Source: Octopus vulgaris (Eukaryota). From it: a stretch of DNA of 64,000 nt. The first letter of the stretch is position 1. Every line of letters begins with the position of its first letter. The position numbers were made by a program, and so were the translations under genes. Below, in pieces: positions 39,493 to 52,789 of this stretch. Location: NCBI GenBank assembly GCA_951406725.2, contig OX597837.1, positions 7,378,001-7,442,000 on the forward strand, given 5' to 3'. The notes under the pieces are model-generated. The model worked only from the letters and a program-made list of their open reading frames with translations, searched no databases and had not been told where the DNA came from.

Positions 39493-40543
39493 ATACATAT
39501 ATATATATATATATATATTTACATATATTTATATACATATATATATATACACACACACACAAACTCATGTAGATAAATACATATACACACACATACATAT
39601 ATGTATACACATTCACACGTATATATATACACATACACACAGACATGTGCATACACACATAAGCATGTGTAGCAAAAAGAAAGTAAAACTACAAGACAAA
39701 CAGACAAGCAGGCAGGCAGCCAGGCGAAGACACCAAGACAAAATGTGCGATGGGGAGTGGGGGGAAAATGGAAGGAAATCACCAGCACAGAGAGAGAGAG
39801 TGGAAGACACGGAGAGAGACCAAGTAAAGAGGAAAAAGATAGAAGAAGAGATAGATGTAATAGAGAGACAAACAGATAGATAGATAGATAGATAAATAAA
39901 TAGATAGATAGATAGAGAGCGAGAGAGATAGATAGACAAAGACATAAAAAGAGAGATCATCAGCTGGTACACACACAAAAGGAAAAGAGCATGGCTCATA
40001 TAATTAAGGCATCCAGAGGCTTAGAGGTTGCAGTATTAGTAATAGATATAAGCCGGCTTGATAGCGGGACAACCGATTGTTTATATACATATATATATAT
40101 ATGCATATATATATACATATGTATGTGTTTGTGTGTGTATGTATATATATATACAATCAATGAGCACATGTGTGTAATGGGAGAGAGGCAACTGTCTTTT
40201 TTGTCAGTTCAGGCCTTTTTTTCTTCTTTTCCTTTGTTATTTGTGTGAAGTGTTTCTTGTTTGTCACACAATGAAAATTATAACACTGGGACATAAAAAT
40301 ACATACACATATGTGTGTGTGTGTATAACACACATGAACATTATATCTACGTTTTTGAATATGTATATATATATATAGTCACATGTATATATTTGAGTGT
40401 GTATAATGTTTGTATATTTCTTTGTGATCTCATGTTAATTTTTAGGTTTATTTTCCCATTATTATTATTATTATGTCCAGTTAATAAACCGTTACTCTGA
40501 AAAGGAATACAAGCACACACACAAACACATGCATATATACATA

Positions 40544-40589
<46 letters not shown>

Positions 40590-40803
40590 AGGTATATATA
40601 TATATGTATTATGTATGTATACACGCACATGTACCTATACATCAAAATATATCGCATCATATCATACGCAAAATCATACACAAGTACACATACACACATA
40701 TATATATAGACACACACATACACACATGTACACATGCTTCATAAAATATAACCACATCATCATCATAAATAACATATATATACATAAATATATATATATA
40801 TAT

Positions 40804-41035
40804 ACATCAACAATAAAGGAACGGCCATAATAGGCCATTCACCCACTAGAAATAACAGCCAAAGCTTCAACCGCAAATAAAAGTCAATTCAGTAAACCAG
40901 GAGAAAATTTAAAAAACATTTACCCTGTAAATTTTCTCCTGGTTTACTGAATTGACTTTTATTTGCGGTTGAAGCTTTGGCTGTTATTTCTAGTGGGTGA
41001 ATGGCCTATTATGGCCGTTCCTTTATTGTTGATGT
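40804..41035. repeat. Perfect inverted repeat: 108-bp arms, 16-nt spacer
   Basis: 40804-40911 is the exact reverse complement of 40928-41035. Confidence 0.95.
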
Positions 41036-41849
41036 TGAACTTAAAAATGGTCTTTGACTAATTTTAATTTTTTCCTACTAGGCCGCTGGTGGCAAAAGAA
41101 TTCTACAAAATTTTTTTTGCCACCCTATATTGATTAATTATATATATATACATATACACACACATCATCATAGAATACAACCTACATCACACAAGAAATA
41201 TAGCATCACATATATCACAAACACACACATTTATAGATATATATATATACATACATGAATATATACATATTATATCTATCTATATATAAATAAATATATA
41301 TATTAATTAATTAATTAATTAATTAATCAACTTACCACTGCGGCTATCATTTTTAACATAGTGCTTCCAGGCAATATTTTCCTGCTGTTTGCTAACATTT
41401 TTAAGCCAGTCAATACACACATCTCCTTGTTGTTCATAGCATGGAAATTTGTGGGGTAAACAACACCAGCATCAACTCCAACAACGACAACAACAACAAC
41501 AACAGCGGCTAGTAACTAGTAGTAGTAGTAGTGGTAGTAAAAACCACCGCTACCACCACCACAACTGGTACTTCTACTGCACGGACACGTTTTTGGTTTT
41601 GATTTCTCTTTTGGTGAGTATATATATATATATTTATATATGTATATAAATATATATATATATCGGTATATGTATATATATATATATCAATATATGTATG
41701 TATATATGTGTGTATATATATTTATGTATCTGTGTGTGTGTGTGTGTATTTTTTTTTCATGAAAGAAAAGGAAAAAAAAAAAGCCAGGCACAGAGTGTGA
41801 TTGAGAGTTAACTAGACTTCCTTCCAACTGATGCAGGACATGTAAATGT

Positions 41850-42080
41850 TAGTAGTAGTAGTAGTAGTTGTTGTGGTGGTGGTGGTGGTGGTAGTAGTAG
41901 TTGTAACAGTAATAGTCAGGTAGCAGTGGTGGTAGTAACAACAGCAGCAGCAGCAGCAGCGGCAGTGGCAGCAGCACTAGCACCAGCAGCAGCAGCAGTC
42001 ATGATAGCAGCAGCAGCAGTGGTGGTGGTGGTGGTGGTAGTAGTAGTAATAGCAGCAGCAGTAGTAGTAGTAGTAGTAGT
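41850..42080. repeat. (TAG)n/(GGT)n/(CAG)n trinucleotide mosaic
   Basis: Direct reading. Confidence 0.9.
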
Positions 42081-42290
42081 TGAAATATCAGGAGGCAGAT
42101 TGAAATGAAGTTGGAAGATGAAGCTAAAAACAAGGAACTGATGGAGAGGAAAGAGAATATAGAAAAAGAGCCAAAGACACACACAAAAGAGGTGGTGGTG
42201 GTCACCGTGGAGGGGACCCAAGTGGTTCTTTTTTTTATTCATATAATTTTTTTCCCCTTTATTCCTTGCTTATATATATATATATATATA

Positions 42291-42473
42291 TATTTTCTTT
42301 ACTGTCCACAAGGGGCTAAACACAGAGGGGGACAAACAAGGACAGACAAAGGGATTAAGTTGATTACATCGACCCCAGTGCGAAACTGGTACTTTATTTA
42401 TCGACCCCCAAAAAGACAAAAAGCAAAGTCGACCTCGGTGGAATTTGAACTCAGACCGTAACCACAGGCAAAA
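42291..42473 (-). mobile_element. SINE family B, 5'-truncated, tail type 1
   Basis: Reverse complement of the 3' part of the 8145 copy. Confidence 0.85.
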
Positions 42474-42646
42474 TATATATATATGTGTGTATATATACAC
42501 ACACACATATATATATATATATATATTTTTAACTTTTCTTTTCCCTCTATTTTAAACTTTTGGAAGGATTCTTTATTATTACTTACATATGTGTGTGTAT
42601 GATGGTGTATATAAAATTATGTGTTGTGTACTTTTATTTTACATTT

Positions 42647-42704
<58 letters not shown>

Positions 42705-42904
42705 ATATATAGTGTGCATGCATACTAGTGCAAATAAAATGATTTGTATATACACGTATACAAAGTGTAGGGTACTTTTAATTTATATACACATGTGTTT
42801 ATGAGTGTGTATGTGTGTGTGTGTTATCTAAAATTTATTTTGTATATAAATGAGCTCTTGGGACTTGCAGGAGAACAGAATGAAAATTGAAATAAAATAG
42901 TCTA

Positions 42905-43200
42905 TGTGTGTGTATGTATATATATATATATATATTATTTATGTGTGTGTTTGTGTATATCTTAAAGTTTTTTATATATATATAGCTATTATAAACTTTG
43001 TAGTGTGTGTGTATATATATGTATTATTTATGTGTGTGTGTGTATATATCTTGAAATTTATATATATATATATAGCTATTATAAACTTTGTAGTGTGTAT
43101 ATATATATATATTATTTATGTATGTGTGTTTGTATATATCTTGAAGTTTATATATATATATATAGCTATTATAAACTTTGTAGTGTATATATATATATAT
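42905..43200. repeat. 90-bp minisatellite, about 3.3 units
   Basis: agctattataaactttgtagtgt at 42984, 43074 and 43164. Confidence 0.9.
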
Positions 43201-44269
43201 ATGTGTGTATGTATGTATAAAATGGTGTTGTTGAAAATAAATAAATAAAAAGTTGAAGGGTTGAAAGAGAGAGAGAGAGAAAGGGCCAAGTTGTTAAGCA
43301 GTCAGACCCTTTAGAACTGCTTAACAACAATAAGATGAGTAAGAAAAAGCACAACAACAACAGCAGCAATAAGCAATACACACACACACATACAGCTTCC
43401 CTTTCTCTTTCTCCCTTTGTCTCTCTCTTTCTCTCCTTCTTTCTTTCACTTCCTTCTCATCAGTCACTCACACAGCATACAACACAAGCAGCATGTAGTG
43501 GTAGTAGTAGTAGTAGCAGCAGCAGCAGCAGTAGTAATTGTAAAGCTGATGGTGATAGTAGTAGTAGTAGTAGTGGTGGTGGTGGTAGTGGCAGGAGCAG
43601 CAGTTAACAGTGAGGGTGGCAGTGGCGGTGGTGAGGGGGTGGTGGTCGTGGTTGGGATGGTAGTTATTTTTTTTCTTTTTCTTTTTCTTTTTTTGATTTT
43701 TAGTCATTTTTATTTCAGAATCCTTATTATTTCTCTTTTTTTAATTTCCTTTTTATTTTGAAAAACAACAAAATAAAAATTTAAAAAAAAAAAAACAGGA
43801 AGAGGGGCGGGGTGGGGGGTCACTTAGGAAGAAAAAAAAAGGGGGTGAGCCCCAACCAGCCAGTCAGTCAGCCAGCCAACTTACCAGTAACCCCTCTCAT
43901 TTTGCAGTTCTATACCAGCATTGAGGCCTGTGTGTAAGTGTGTGTGTGTGTGTACAAGCATTGAGGCCTTTGCATGTGTCTGTGTAAGTGTGTGTGTGTA
44001 TTCAAAGAATGAGGTAAAAACCCACCCCAAAACAACAGAGGCAATGGGCAAGACAAAGTGGTGGGGGGGGGAGAGAGAGAGAAATGCTTTTGTATCTATG
44101 GCTGAGTGTGTGTGTCTATATATGAGTGTGCATGTGTATATATATATATATGTGTGTGTGTGAGTGAGTGCTTGTGTGTGTGTGTGTGTGTGTTATGTTT
44201 TAACCCCACCAAAAATACCTTTTTGTTTTTTGAAAATGCTCACATGGGTTAGATGCAGTTTACATACAC

Positions 44270-44314
<45 letters not shown>

Positions 44315-44461
44315 AATTAATAAATATATATATATATATATATAATAAATATATATATATACATACATATATATATTTGAGGGAAACCACTATGTGGACA
44401 CCCTTATGCTAGAAATAGATCTGCTAATATCTAATTCCTCACCCTCATTTTTAATTTAAAT

Positions 44462-44496
<35 letters not shown>

Positions 44497-45341
44497 ATAT
44501 ATTGCACTGCTTTCTTTAGCTTTGCACTACCATAGTCATAGTAGTAGTGGTGGTGGTTCTTCTGGGAGAGGGGTGGGGTGTTTTCACTTGGTTTCCTCTG
44601 AATGGTTTTTCATCTTAGCTTATTACAAAAATCAGTTTCCTGGTCCCTTTATGAAGATTAAAAGTTCTCTTTCCTTGAGATACACATACACACACACACA
44701 CAAGCAGCACTGTATACTCATATTTAGAGACAGCATATTAGATGGAGCTAGAAGGAACAGTGAAGAGAGGTGCACAGCAAGCCTGCCTCCCTGGCTGTGG
44801 CTAGTCTGGTCTTAATTTCCATTGTTGGAAAGCTGTTTGGCATGGTCTCACTTCTTACCCTATTCTATTCTATTGCATGCTATTATACGACCACTGCCTG
44901 GCCTGGCCTGCTCCGACCTGGTTCCTCAGAGTGGTTTGGCATTACAGATAGTTCTTCACTCGCTTGATCAGATGAAAAAGAAAATTAGCTGAGAGGAGAT
45001 TTTAATTGAAACAGTATTAACCAAACTTGGAGAACCAACTGCTTGCTCCTCTGAACAAATGAATGAACACACAGACACACACACACACACACACATAAAT
45101 CTGTGTGTGTATATATATAAACTTACACACACATACGCACACATAAATATATTTGGGTGTGTGTGTGTGCATATCGTTAATTAATAAATGAATAAAATGC
45201 TTTGTAAATGAACAACATAAAAAATGTACATATATTTTAAAGGTGTAGCCAGGCAGGACACAGGCACGGATGGCCCCTAATTCTGCATCACTTATCAAAC
45301 AAAGTGGTAATACTCCAATTTCATGCTAAACTGAGTATTAC

Positions 45342-45412
45342 CATTTTGCCAAACTCCTAAGTTATAGGGAAGTAAACACATCAGAGACACACAGACATGC
45401 ACACATAAAAAT

Positions 45413-45462
<50 letters not shown>

Positions 45463-45676
45463 CGGGCTTCTTTCAGTTTCCGTCTGCCAAATCTACTCAC
45501 AAGGCTTTGGTCGGCCCGAGGCTGTGGTAGAGGAGAGGACACTTGCCGAAGGTGCCACGCAGTGGGACTGAACCCGGAACCATGTGGCTGGTAAGCAAGT
45601 TTCTTACTACACAGCAACAGCACACATTTTCTTTTACTTGTTTCAGCCATTTGACTGCGGCCATGCTGGAGCACCA
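45342..45676 (-). mobile_element. SINE family A copy plus adjacent tail fragment
   Basis: Body and head 45460-45615; second tail 45628-45676. Confidence 0.8.
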
Positions 45677-45702
45677 TATATATATATATATGTATGTATG
45701 TG

Positions 45703-45738
<36 letters not shown>

Positions 45739-46060
45739 TGTATGTGTATATAATGTGTGTGTCGTAGTAATAGTGATACAGGTGAGGTATAGAGAGTGGT
45801 TCCGTGGTCTTTGCGAGTAATTAAAATCCATAACCTCCGATCGTTATCTTTATTTTACAATTCATTATCAGTAAACATTCACTCTCCTCCCGACATGAAT
45901 GTATGTATGTATGTGTGCACATATACATGTGTACATGTTTATGTACAGACATGTATTTTTATGTATGTGTGTGTGTGAGAGTGCGTATGATTCTTCGATG
46001 ACTGAATGAAACGAACGCTAATGATAGTAAGACAGTAGTAGTAGTAGTAGCAGCAGCAGC

Positions 46061-46093
<33 letters not shown>

Positions 46094-46198
46094 TACTACA
46101 AGCAAGTCCTCTCTGTTGTAATATTACGGGAAGAATAGTGATGCTGGTGATGATGATGATGATGATAATAATAATAATCATAAATAATAATAAATAAT

Positions 46199-46614
46199 CT
46201 TTTCTACTATAGGCAACAAGGCCTTGAATTTTGTAGGAAGGGGACTAGCGGAAAGCAGAGACCTCAGTGTATCACTGGTATTTAATTTATCGACCCTGAA
46301 AAGGATGAAAGGCAGAGTCGACCTCAGTGGAATTTGAACTCAGAGCATAGCGATCGGTGAAATACCACCAAGCATTAAGCCCAGCATGCTAACAATTCTG
46401 CCACCTCACCGCCTTAGGCACAAGGCTTGAAATTTGGGGGAGGGGGATAGTTGATTACATTGATCCCAGTGCGTAACTGGTACTTATTTAATCAACCCAG
46501 AAAGGATGAAAGGCAAAGTCGACCTCGGCGGAATTTGAACTCAGAACGTAGTGGCAGACGAAATACCGCTAAGCATTTGGCCCGGCGTGCTAACAATTCT
46601 ACCAGCTCACCATC
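46199..46614 (-). mobile_element. Head-to-tail dimer of SINE family B (tail type 2)
   Basis: Copies at 46199-46413 and 46415-46614, flanked by (TAA)n. Confidence 0.9.
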
Positions 46615-47992
46615 TTAATAATAATGATAATAATAATAAAAATAATTGTTTGGGGTTTGGGTGAATGAAGAAAACGGAACCACTTTGGTAAACTGAATGA
46701 AAATGAATGTGAGAGAGAGAGAGAGAGAGAGAAAGGATAACAGAGAGGGTGGGAGGAAGAATACGGAATTGAGAAGAGGGGTGACAGTGGTGGTGGTGGT
46801 GGTAGCTTTGGCAATGGTGCAATACAGTGCAGTGAAAGATCCGAAGATTGGCAGGGAGGGGGGTGGGGGAGCAGAGAAAGAATCCGTTCGTTCGTTCGTT
46901 AATTCATTCCTCGAGAAAAATCAAAGAACAAATAAATTACAAAAACAAACCAAAAAAAAAACAGAAACATATGTCCACAGACACCGTGAGATAATTAAAA
47001 CAAAAGGAAAAAAACAAAACAAGACATAATTAAAAACCAATTAGTGAAACAAAAAATGTATAAATATATATATATATATATACAACTTATAAATAAGGGC
47101 AAATGAAAAAATTTCTAATGCCAAATATGCCGAAAATTGGACATAATTGTCCATTAACCATATATATATAGAGAGAGAGAGAGAGATTTATATTTTTAAA
47201 ATATTTTGAAATATTTTTTGAAAAAAAAAAATAAATAAATGGTACTTAATTCTAAAGATAAAGAATATAAAATTATTTCTGGATAAAGAAGAAGGGATTT
47301 TCTTCTCATTTCTTTCGTTTGTGTGTGTGTGTGTGTTCTTCGGAGATGAACAGTAGAATTAATGGAAGATAAATTATTTAGGGGACCCTTATACTTTCTC
47401 TCTCCTTAATGCTGCTGCTGCTACTAACAGTAGTACTAATAGTTGCAGCAGCAGTAGTAGTAGTAGTAGTGGGAGGAGTAGCAGTAAAAGAAGTAGTAAT
47501 AGCAATAGTAGTAGTGGTAGTGGTAGTAGTAGTAGTAATATATTGCCGGATCTAATCCAATGTCGAACGGATTGAGACGAGGATATTCTTGGCTTTTGTA
47601 CCCCCGCTTCTATGCTCTGTGGCGGAGGCGGTGCCGGGGCCGGTGAATGGCGGGGGGAGAGGGGGAGGGTACGGTCGAAAAGGAAGAAGTGGGGAAGAAT
47701 GAGAGACATTTGTCGTTAGCGGCAGTGGTGGTGGTGGTGGTGGTTGGTGGTGTGGAGGCCATGGCGAGAAATCGAAATCTTCGAAAGATTCGGCCCTATT
47801 CGAGGAGGAAGGAACATAGCAGAGGTGATGGTCATGGCGGTGATCGTGCTTGTGGTCTTGGTCATAACAGTAGCGGCAAGGAAGGTAGAAACCAGCAGAG
47901 CAGTTCCATTCGCTGCCATCTTTGGTTCTGGTTGTGTGTCTTCTATGCTAATGGTTGGTTGGTGCCACAGTGAGTCAGAGTCGACGTCAACA

Positions 47993-48048
<56 letters not shown>

Positions 48049-48457
48049 ATGGAATGGTGATGATGACGATGATGATGACGATGAAAATGGTTGTGGTTGT
48101 GATGTTTATTTGCAGTAGTAGTAGAAGTTGTAGTTGAAGTGGTGGTTGTTGTTATGATGGTGGTGGTGGTAGTGGTGGCGGTGGTGGAGGTTGTTGCAGT
48201 GATAGCGCAGCGTTAGGAACTGTTAGTCGTAGCTTGATAGAAAATGCAGAACCAGAAGAAAATGGTGCATGAGAGAGACACACACACATACATACATACA
48301 TATATATGTGTATATATACACACACACACACACGCATATACACATGTACATATATATACACACATACATCTTCACATACATAGATACACACATATATAGA
48401 TATATCCAGATACATACACACATACATATATAGACATAAATATATACACAAATAGAA

Positions 48458-48492
<35 letters not shown>

Positions 48493-48774
48493 TATGTACA
48501 CAGACACATATACACATACACATGTACATATATATATATATATACATGCATACATCTTCACATACATAGATACACACACACACATATCTATATGCATACA
48601 TATATATATAGATATATCCAGATATATATACGCACATAAATATATATATACATAGTTATATCTATATACACACACATACATACACACATACATATATACA
48701 CATACATATATGTGTGTTTTAATGTGTATATGAGTGCACATGTTACACTATAATCTATTATTGCCTGCATATGT

Positions 48775-48809
<35 letters not shown>

Positions 48810-49431
48810 TATAAGAGTGCGGTTATTTTTTTTGTATCAATAAATTGGGTGCGTGTGTGTGTGTGTGTGTGCACTGTATGCGTATGTGCATGTATATATG
48901 TATATATATGTATAGATGTGTGTGTATACACATGTGTGTTTGTGCATGTATATATATATATATATGTGTATGTATGTATGTATGTATGTATATGTGTGTA
49001 GGTATATACATGTGTGTGTGTGTGTATATATAAATATATAATGTGACTATATACAGGAGTACACACACACGTGTGAGAACATGATATCGATTATATATGT
49101 GTATTAGCAGGTACACATGTATTTGAGTACATGTGTATATGTATGTGTATGTGCATGTGTGTTGTCATTGTTTAGCCCCAAGTTGACCCTAACTGAGTAA
49201 ACCTATGATCAGAGGAAATCCACTCATAGCCACTCCATCTGTTTAATGCTGTCTATCTGAAACTCTCTCATTTAAAGTGTCTGCTTTCCTTTAAAACAGT
49301 CGGGTATGATATGGGAAGGAAATTTAGCTGCTATGTTTAGTAAACTAGGTGGTCGTATCAAGGCCACATCCCCAGCTTGTGTGTGTATGCTTGTGTCTAT
49401 CTGACTGTTTCCCAACACACACACAAAGAAG

Positions 49432-49642
49432 AATGGGTACTGAAAACTTCCAGGCCTTAAGGGCATTGTGAAAGGGCCCAACTTATTGAGTTCTTTTACA
49501 GGGTTTAGAAAAACTGAAGGGCTGCTGCAATAAGTGTGTGAATCTGAGATGGGGAATATATATTGAATAAAATCATAATTAGCTGATACCCCAATATTTT
49601 ATTTCACCCAAAGCCAGAAACTTTTCAGTACCGCCTCATGTA
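49432..49642 (+). mobile_element. mariner-derived internal-deletion MITE
   Basis: TIRs ggtactgaaaacttccaggc / gccagaaacttttcagtacc; internal EKLKGCCNKCVNLR resembles the last residues of a mariner transposase. Confidence 0.75.
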
Positions 49643-49643
49643 A

Positions 49644-49897
49644 TATCATCATCATCATTTAACGTCCGTCCTCTATGCTAGTATGGGTTCGACGGTTCGA
49701 CCGGGGATCTGGGATGCCAGAAGGCTGCACCAGGCTCAAGTCTTATCTGGCAATGTTTCTACAGCTGGATGCCCTTCCTAACGACAACCACTCCGTGAGT
49801 GTAGTGGGTGCTTTTTACGTGCCAGGCAAGGCTGGCAACGGCCACGATCAGATTGGTGCTTTTTACGTGCCACCGGCATGGAAGCCAGTCAAGGCGA
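49644..49897 (-). mobile_element. SINE family C 3' part
   Basis: (CAT)n tail, tctacagctggatgcccttcctaacg, gtagtgggtgctttttacgtgcc. Confidence 0.85.
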
Positions 49898-49898
49898 C

Positions 49899-50120
49899 TA
49901 CTCGAGAGTACTGAAAGGTTCCTGGGTTTAATGATAGTGCAAAAAGCCTGGTTGGAGGCCCAACCTTCCGAAATCTTTAACAGTTCTTAGAAAAACTGAA
50001 GGACCGCAGCAATAAGTGTATGAATCTGAGAGAGGAATATGTTGAATAAAATCATGATTAAATGATCCTCCTGTATTTTCTTTTACTCAATGCCACAGAG
50101 TTTACAGCAAGCCCCTCGTA
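49899..50120 (+). mobile_element. Second copy of the mariner-derived MITE
   Basis: Shares agaaaaactgaagg..gcaataagtgt..gaatctgaga..gaataaaatcat with the 49432 copy; ends gcccctcgTA. Confidence 0.75.
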
Positions 50121-50133
50121 TGCATGTGTATAT

Positions 50134-50541
50134 ACTCTTTACTCTTTTACTTGTTTCAGTCATTTGACTGCGGCCATGCTGGAGCACCGCCTTTTTAATC
50201 GAGCAACTCGACCCTGGGACTTATTCTTTTGTAAGCCCAGTACTTATCCTATCGGTCTCTTTTGCCGAACCGCTAAGTGACGGGGACGTAAACACACCAG
50301 CATCGGTTGTCAAGCAATGCTAGGGGGACAAACACAGACACACAAACACACGCATATATATATATATATACATATATACGACGGGCTTCTTTCAGTTTCC
50401 GTCTACCAAATCCACTCACAAGGCATTGGTCAGCCCAGGGCTATAGCAGAAGACACTTTCCCAAGGTGCCACGTAGTGGGACTTAAGCCGGAACCATGTG
50501 GTTGGTTAGCAAGCTACTTACCACACAGCCACTCCTGCGCC
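50134..50541 (-). mobile_element. SINE family A, full length, young
   Basis: Complete head (GGCGCAGGAGTGGCTGTGTGG) to tail; CpGs retained. Confidence 0.92.
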
Positions 50542-50753
50542 TATATATGTGTATATATGCATTTGTTAATTGTGTGTGTACGTATTTAAAGAAAAGTGCA
50601 TGTCTGGAATCCTTGGAATATTAAATGCATCCATGCATCCTATAGATGGATATTTATGTCTGTGTTTGTGTACGCAGATATGTATGTGTTTGTGTAGATT
50701 TACTCTTACGTGTGTGTGTGTGTGTGTGTTTGAGCCAATGTGCATGCATGTAT

Positions 50754-50791
<38 letters not shown>

Positions 50792-50849
50792 ATGTCTGCA
50801 TGCAGGTGCATTCTTAAGCGACTAAATAAGTAAAATTCTTATGCATATG

Positions 50850-51480
50850 CTGAAGCACGTCTGTATGTTGTGCGCACGTCTGTGCATGCATGTGCATAAG
50901 AATGCGTGTGTGTATGCATGTGTGCATGTTTGTGAGTATGTGTGTAAATGTGTGTGTGTATGTATATGTAAGTATGTGTGTGTATGTGTTTATTTTTAAT
51001 GTGCATGTGTGTGTGTGTATGCATGTAAGTATGTGTGTTGTGTGCATGTGTTTACGTTTATGAATGTAAGAGTGTATCTATGTATGTGTGCGTGTGCGTG
51101 TATGTGTGTGTTTGCATGTGTAAGTTTTGTGTGTGTGCAAGTTTGCTTGCATGTGCGTGTATGTGTATGTGTGTGCATGTGTGTGTGCGCATGTATGTGT
51201 GTGTTTGCATGTGTAAGTTTTGTGTGTGTGCAAGTTTGCTTGCATGTGCGTGTATGTGTATGTGTGTGCATGTGTGTGTGCGCATGTATGTGTGTGTTTG
51301 CATGTGTATGTTTTTGTGTGTGTGCAAGTATGTTTGCGTATGTGTGTGTTTGCATATATTTGTGTGAGCAAGTATGTGTGTATGTACATGTGTATGTTTG
51401 TGTGTGTGTGTGTGTGTGCATGTGTATGTTTTTGGGTGTGTGCAAGCATGTTTGCATGTGTGTGTGTGTGTGTGTGCATT
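50850..51480. repeat. (TG)n-derived array with 93-bp higher-order duplication
   Basis: taagttttgtgtgtgtgcaagtttgcttgc at 51121 and 51214. Confidence 0.85.
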
Positions 51481-51785
51481 ATCACTGCTGCTACTTCTAC
51501 TAATTCTACAGTTGAAGAATGAAGAAATCGGAAAACCGAGATCTGGCACCGAATCAATCCGAACACACGCACACAGAAGCTGTGCCAGCAGAAGATTTTG
51601 CACACACGCAAATGCACACACACACAGACACACACACAAACAGATAACGCTATCAGAAACACACACATACACACTCATACATATACACTCAAGCATTCTC
51701 TCACACATACAAGTAGGTACATACATACACATAAAAGCAGTGACTTACATACACCTATACACAGACACATATATATATACATATA

Positions 51786-52015
51786 TATTTCTTTATTGCC
51801 CACAAGGGCTAAACATAGAGGGGACAAACAAGGACAGACAAAGGGATTAAGTCGATTACATCGATCCCAGTGTGAAGCTGGAACATTTATTTATCGACCC
51901 TGAAAGGATGAAAGGCAAATTCGACCTCGGCGGAATTTGAACTCAGAACATAACGACAGAAAAATACCGCTAAGCATTCTGCTCGGCATGCTAACGTGTC
52001 TGCTAGCTCGCCGCC
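51786..52015 (-). mobile_element. SINE family B, full length, tail type 1
   Basis: Reverse complement of the 8145 copy. Confidence 0.9.
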
Positions 52016-52101
52016 TTATACATATATATACATATACACATTCATCTACATACATATATACATGTGTTTGTATACATACAGAGATATACGTAAACACAAA
52101 T

Positions 52102-52135
<34 letters not shown>

Positions 52136-52145
52136 GTATACATTG

Positions 52146-52465
52146 AGCTCCTTTTGGGTGTTGGGCCTCAAGGAGGCAATGACCAAGATCTTTGGCATTA
52201 TGTCATGCTTGAGAAGAAGACCCATCAAGCTGAGGAAAATCGCAGTCATGGAAGATACTAGGGTCACACAAATGGGACCTGTGCCGGTGGCACATAAAAA
52301 CACCCATTACACTCTCAGAGTGGTTGACACTAGGAAGGGCATCCAGCCCTAGAAAACCATGCCACATCAGACTGGAATCTGGTGCAGCCTTCCAATGTTC
52401 TTGCCCAGTCAAATTGTCCAACCCATGCCAGCATGGACAACAGACACTAAATGATGATGATGATG
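52146..52465 (+). mobile_element. SINE family C variant
   Basis: gccggtggcacataaaaacaccc...taggaagggcatccagc...(GAT)n tail; the 5' part differs from other copies. Confidence 0.75.
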
Positions 52466-52664
52466 ACACCGCGTGTGTACCGTTGGCGATTTTTTTTCCT
52501 GTCTTCCCTTCTCTGGATCTTTCCTTCTCCTATGTTTCCGACGAAGTGCTCCGCTCGAAACGTTAAACCCTCCTTTTTTCCTTCTTTCCTGAGCGTCCAA
52601 TAATACTGTATTTGTTCCACGTCCTCGCATCGTTGTGTTTTTTTGTGCTTTCATGTTTGGATTA

Positions 52665-52667
<3 letters not shown>
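52464..52667 (+). mobile_element. Short element with minimal type-I hammerhead-like motif (Penelope-LTR-like)
   Basis: GTTT-CCGACGA-A-GTGC-tcc-GCTC-GAAA-CGTT-AAAC at 52534-52568; second copy at 4363-4555. Confidence 0.75.
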
Positions 52668-52714
<47 letters not shown>

Positions 52715-52789
52715 AACATACAACTCAAACAAATCGTAAACAGACCAAGGTACTCTTAGGCAAAGAAAAGATGTTATGGAAAAATAATA

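Noticed and set aside
40921-40929. TACCCTGTA, equal to the first 9 nt of miR-10
   Set aside because: The rest of the mature sequence is absent and the match lies mostly in the loop.
45332-45341. TGAGTATTAC, equal to the miR-12 5' end
   Set aside because: Only 10 nt match, on the 3' arm, and downstream sequence is SINE-derived.
51495-51600. Possible plus-strand exon (ctaattctacag|LKNEEIGKPRSGTES)
   Set aside because: Runs into (CA)n without a donor; no homology recognised.
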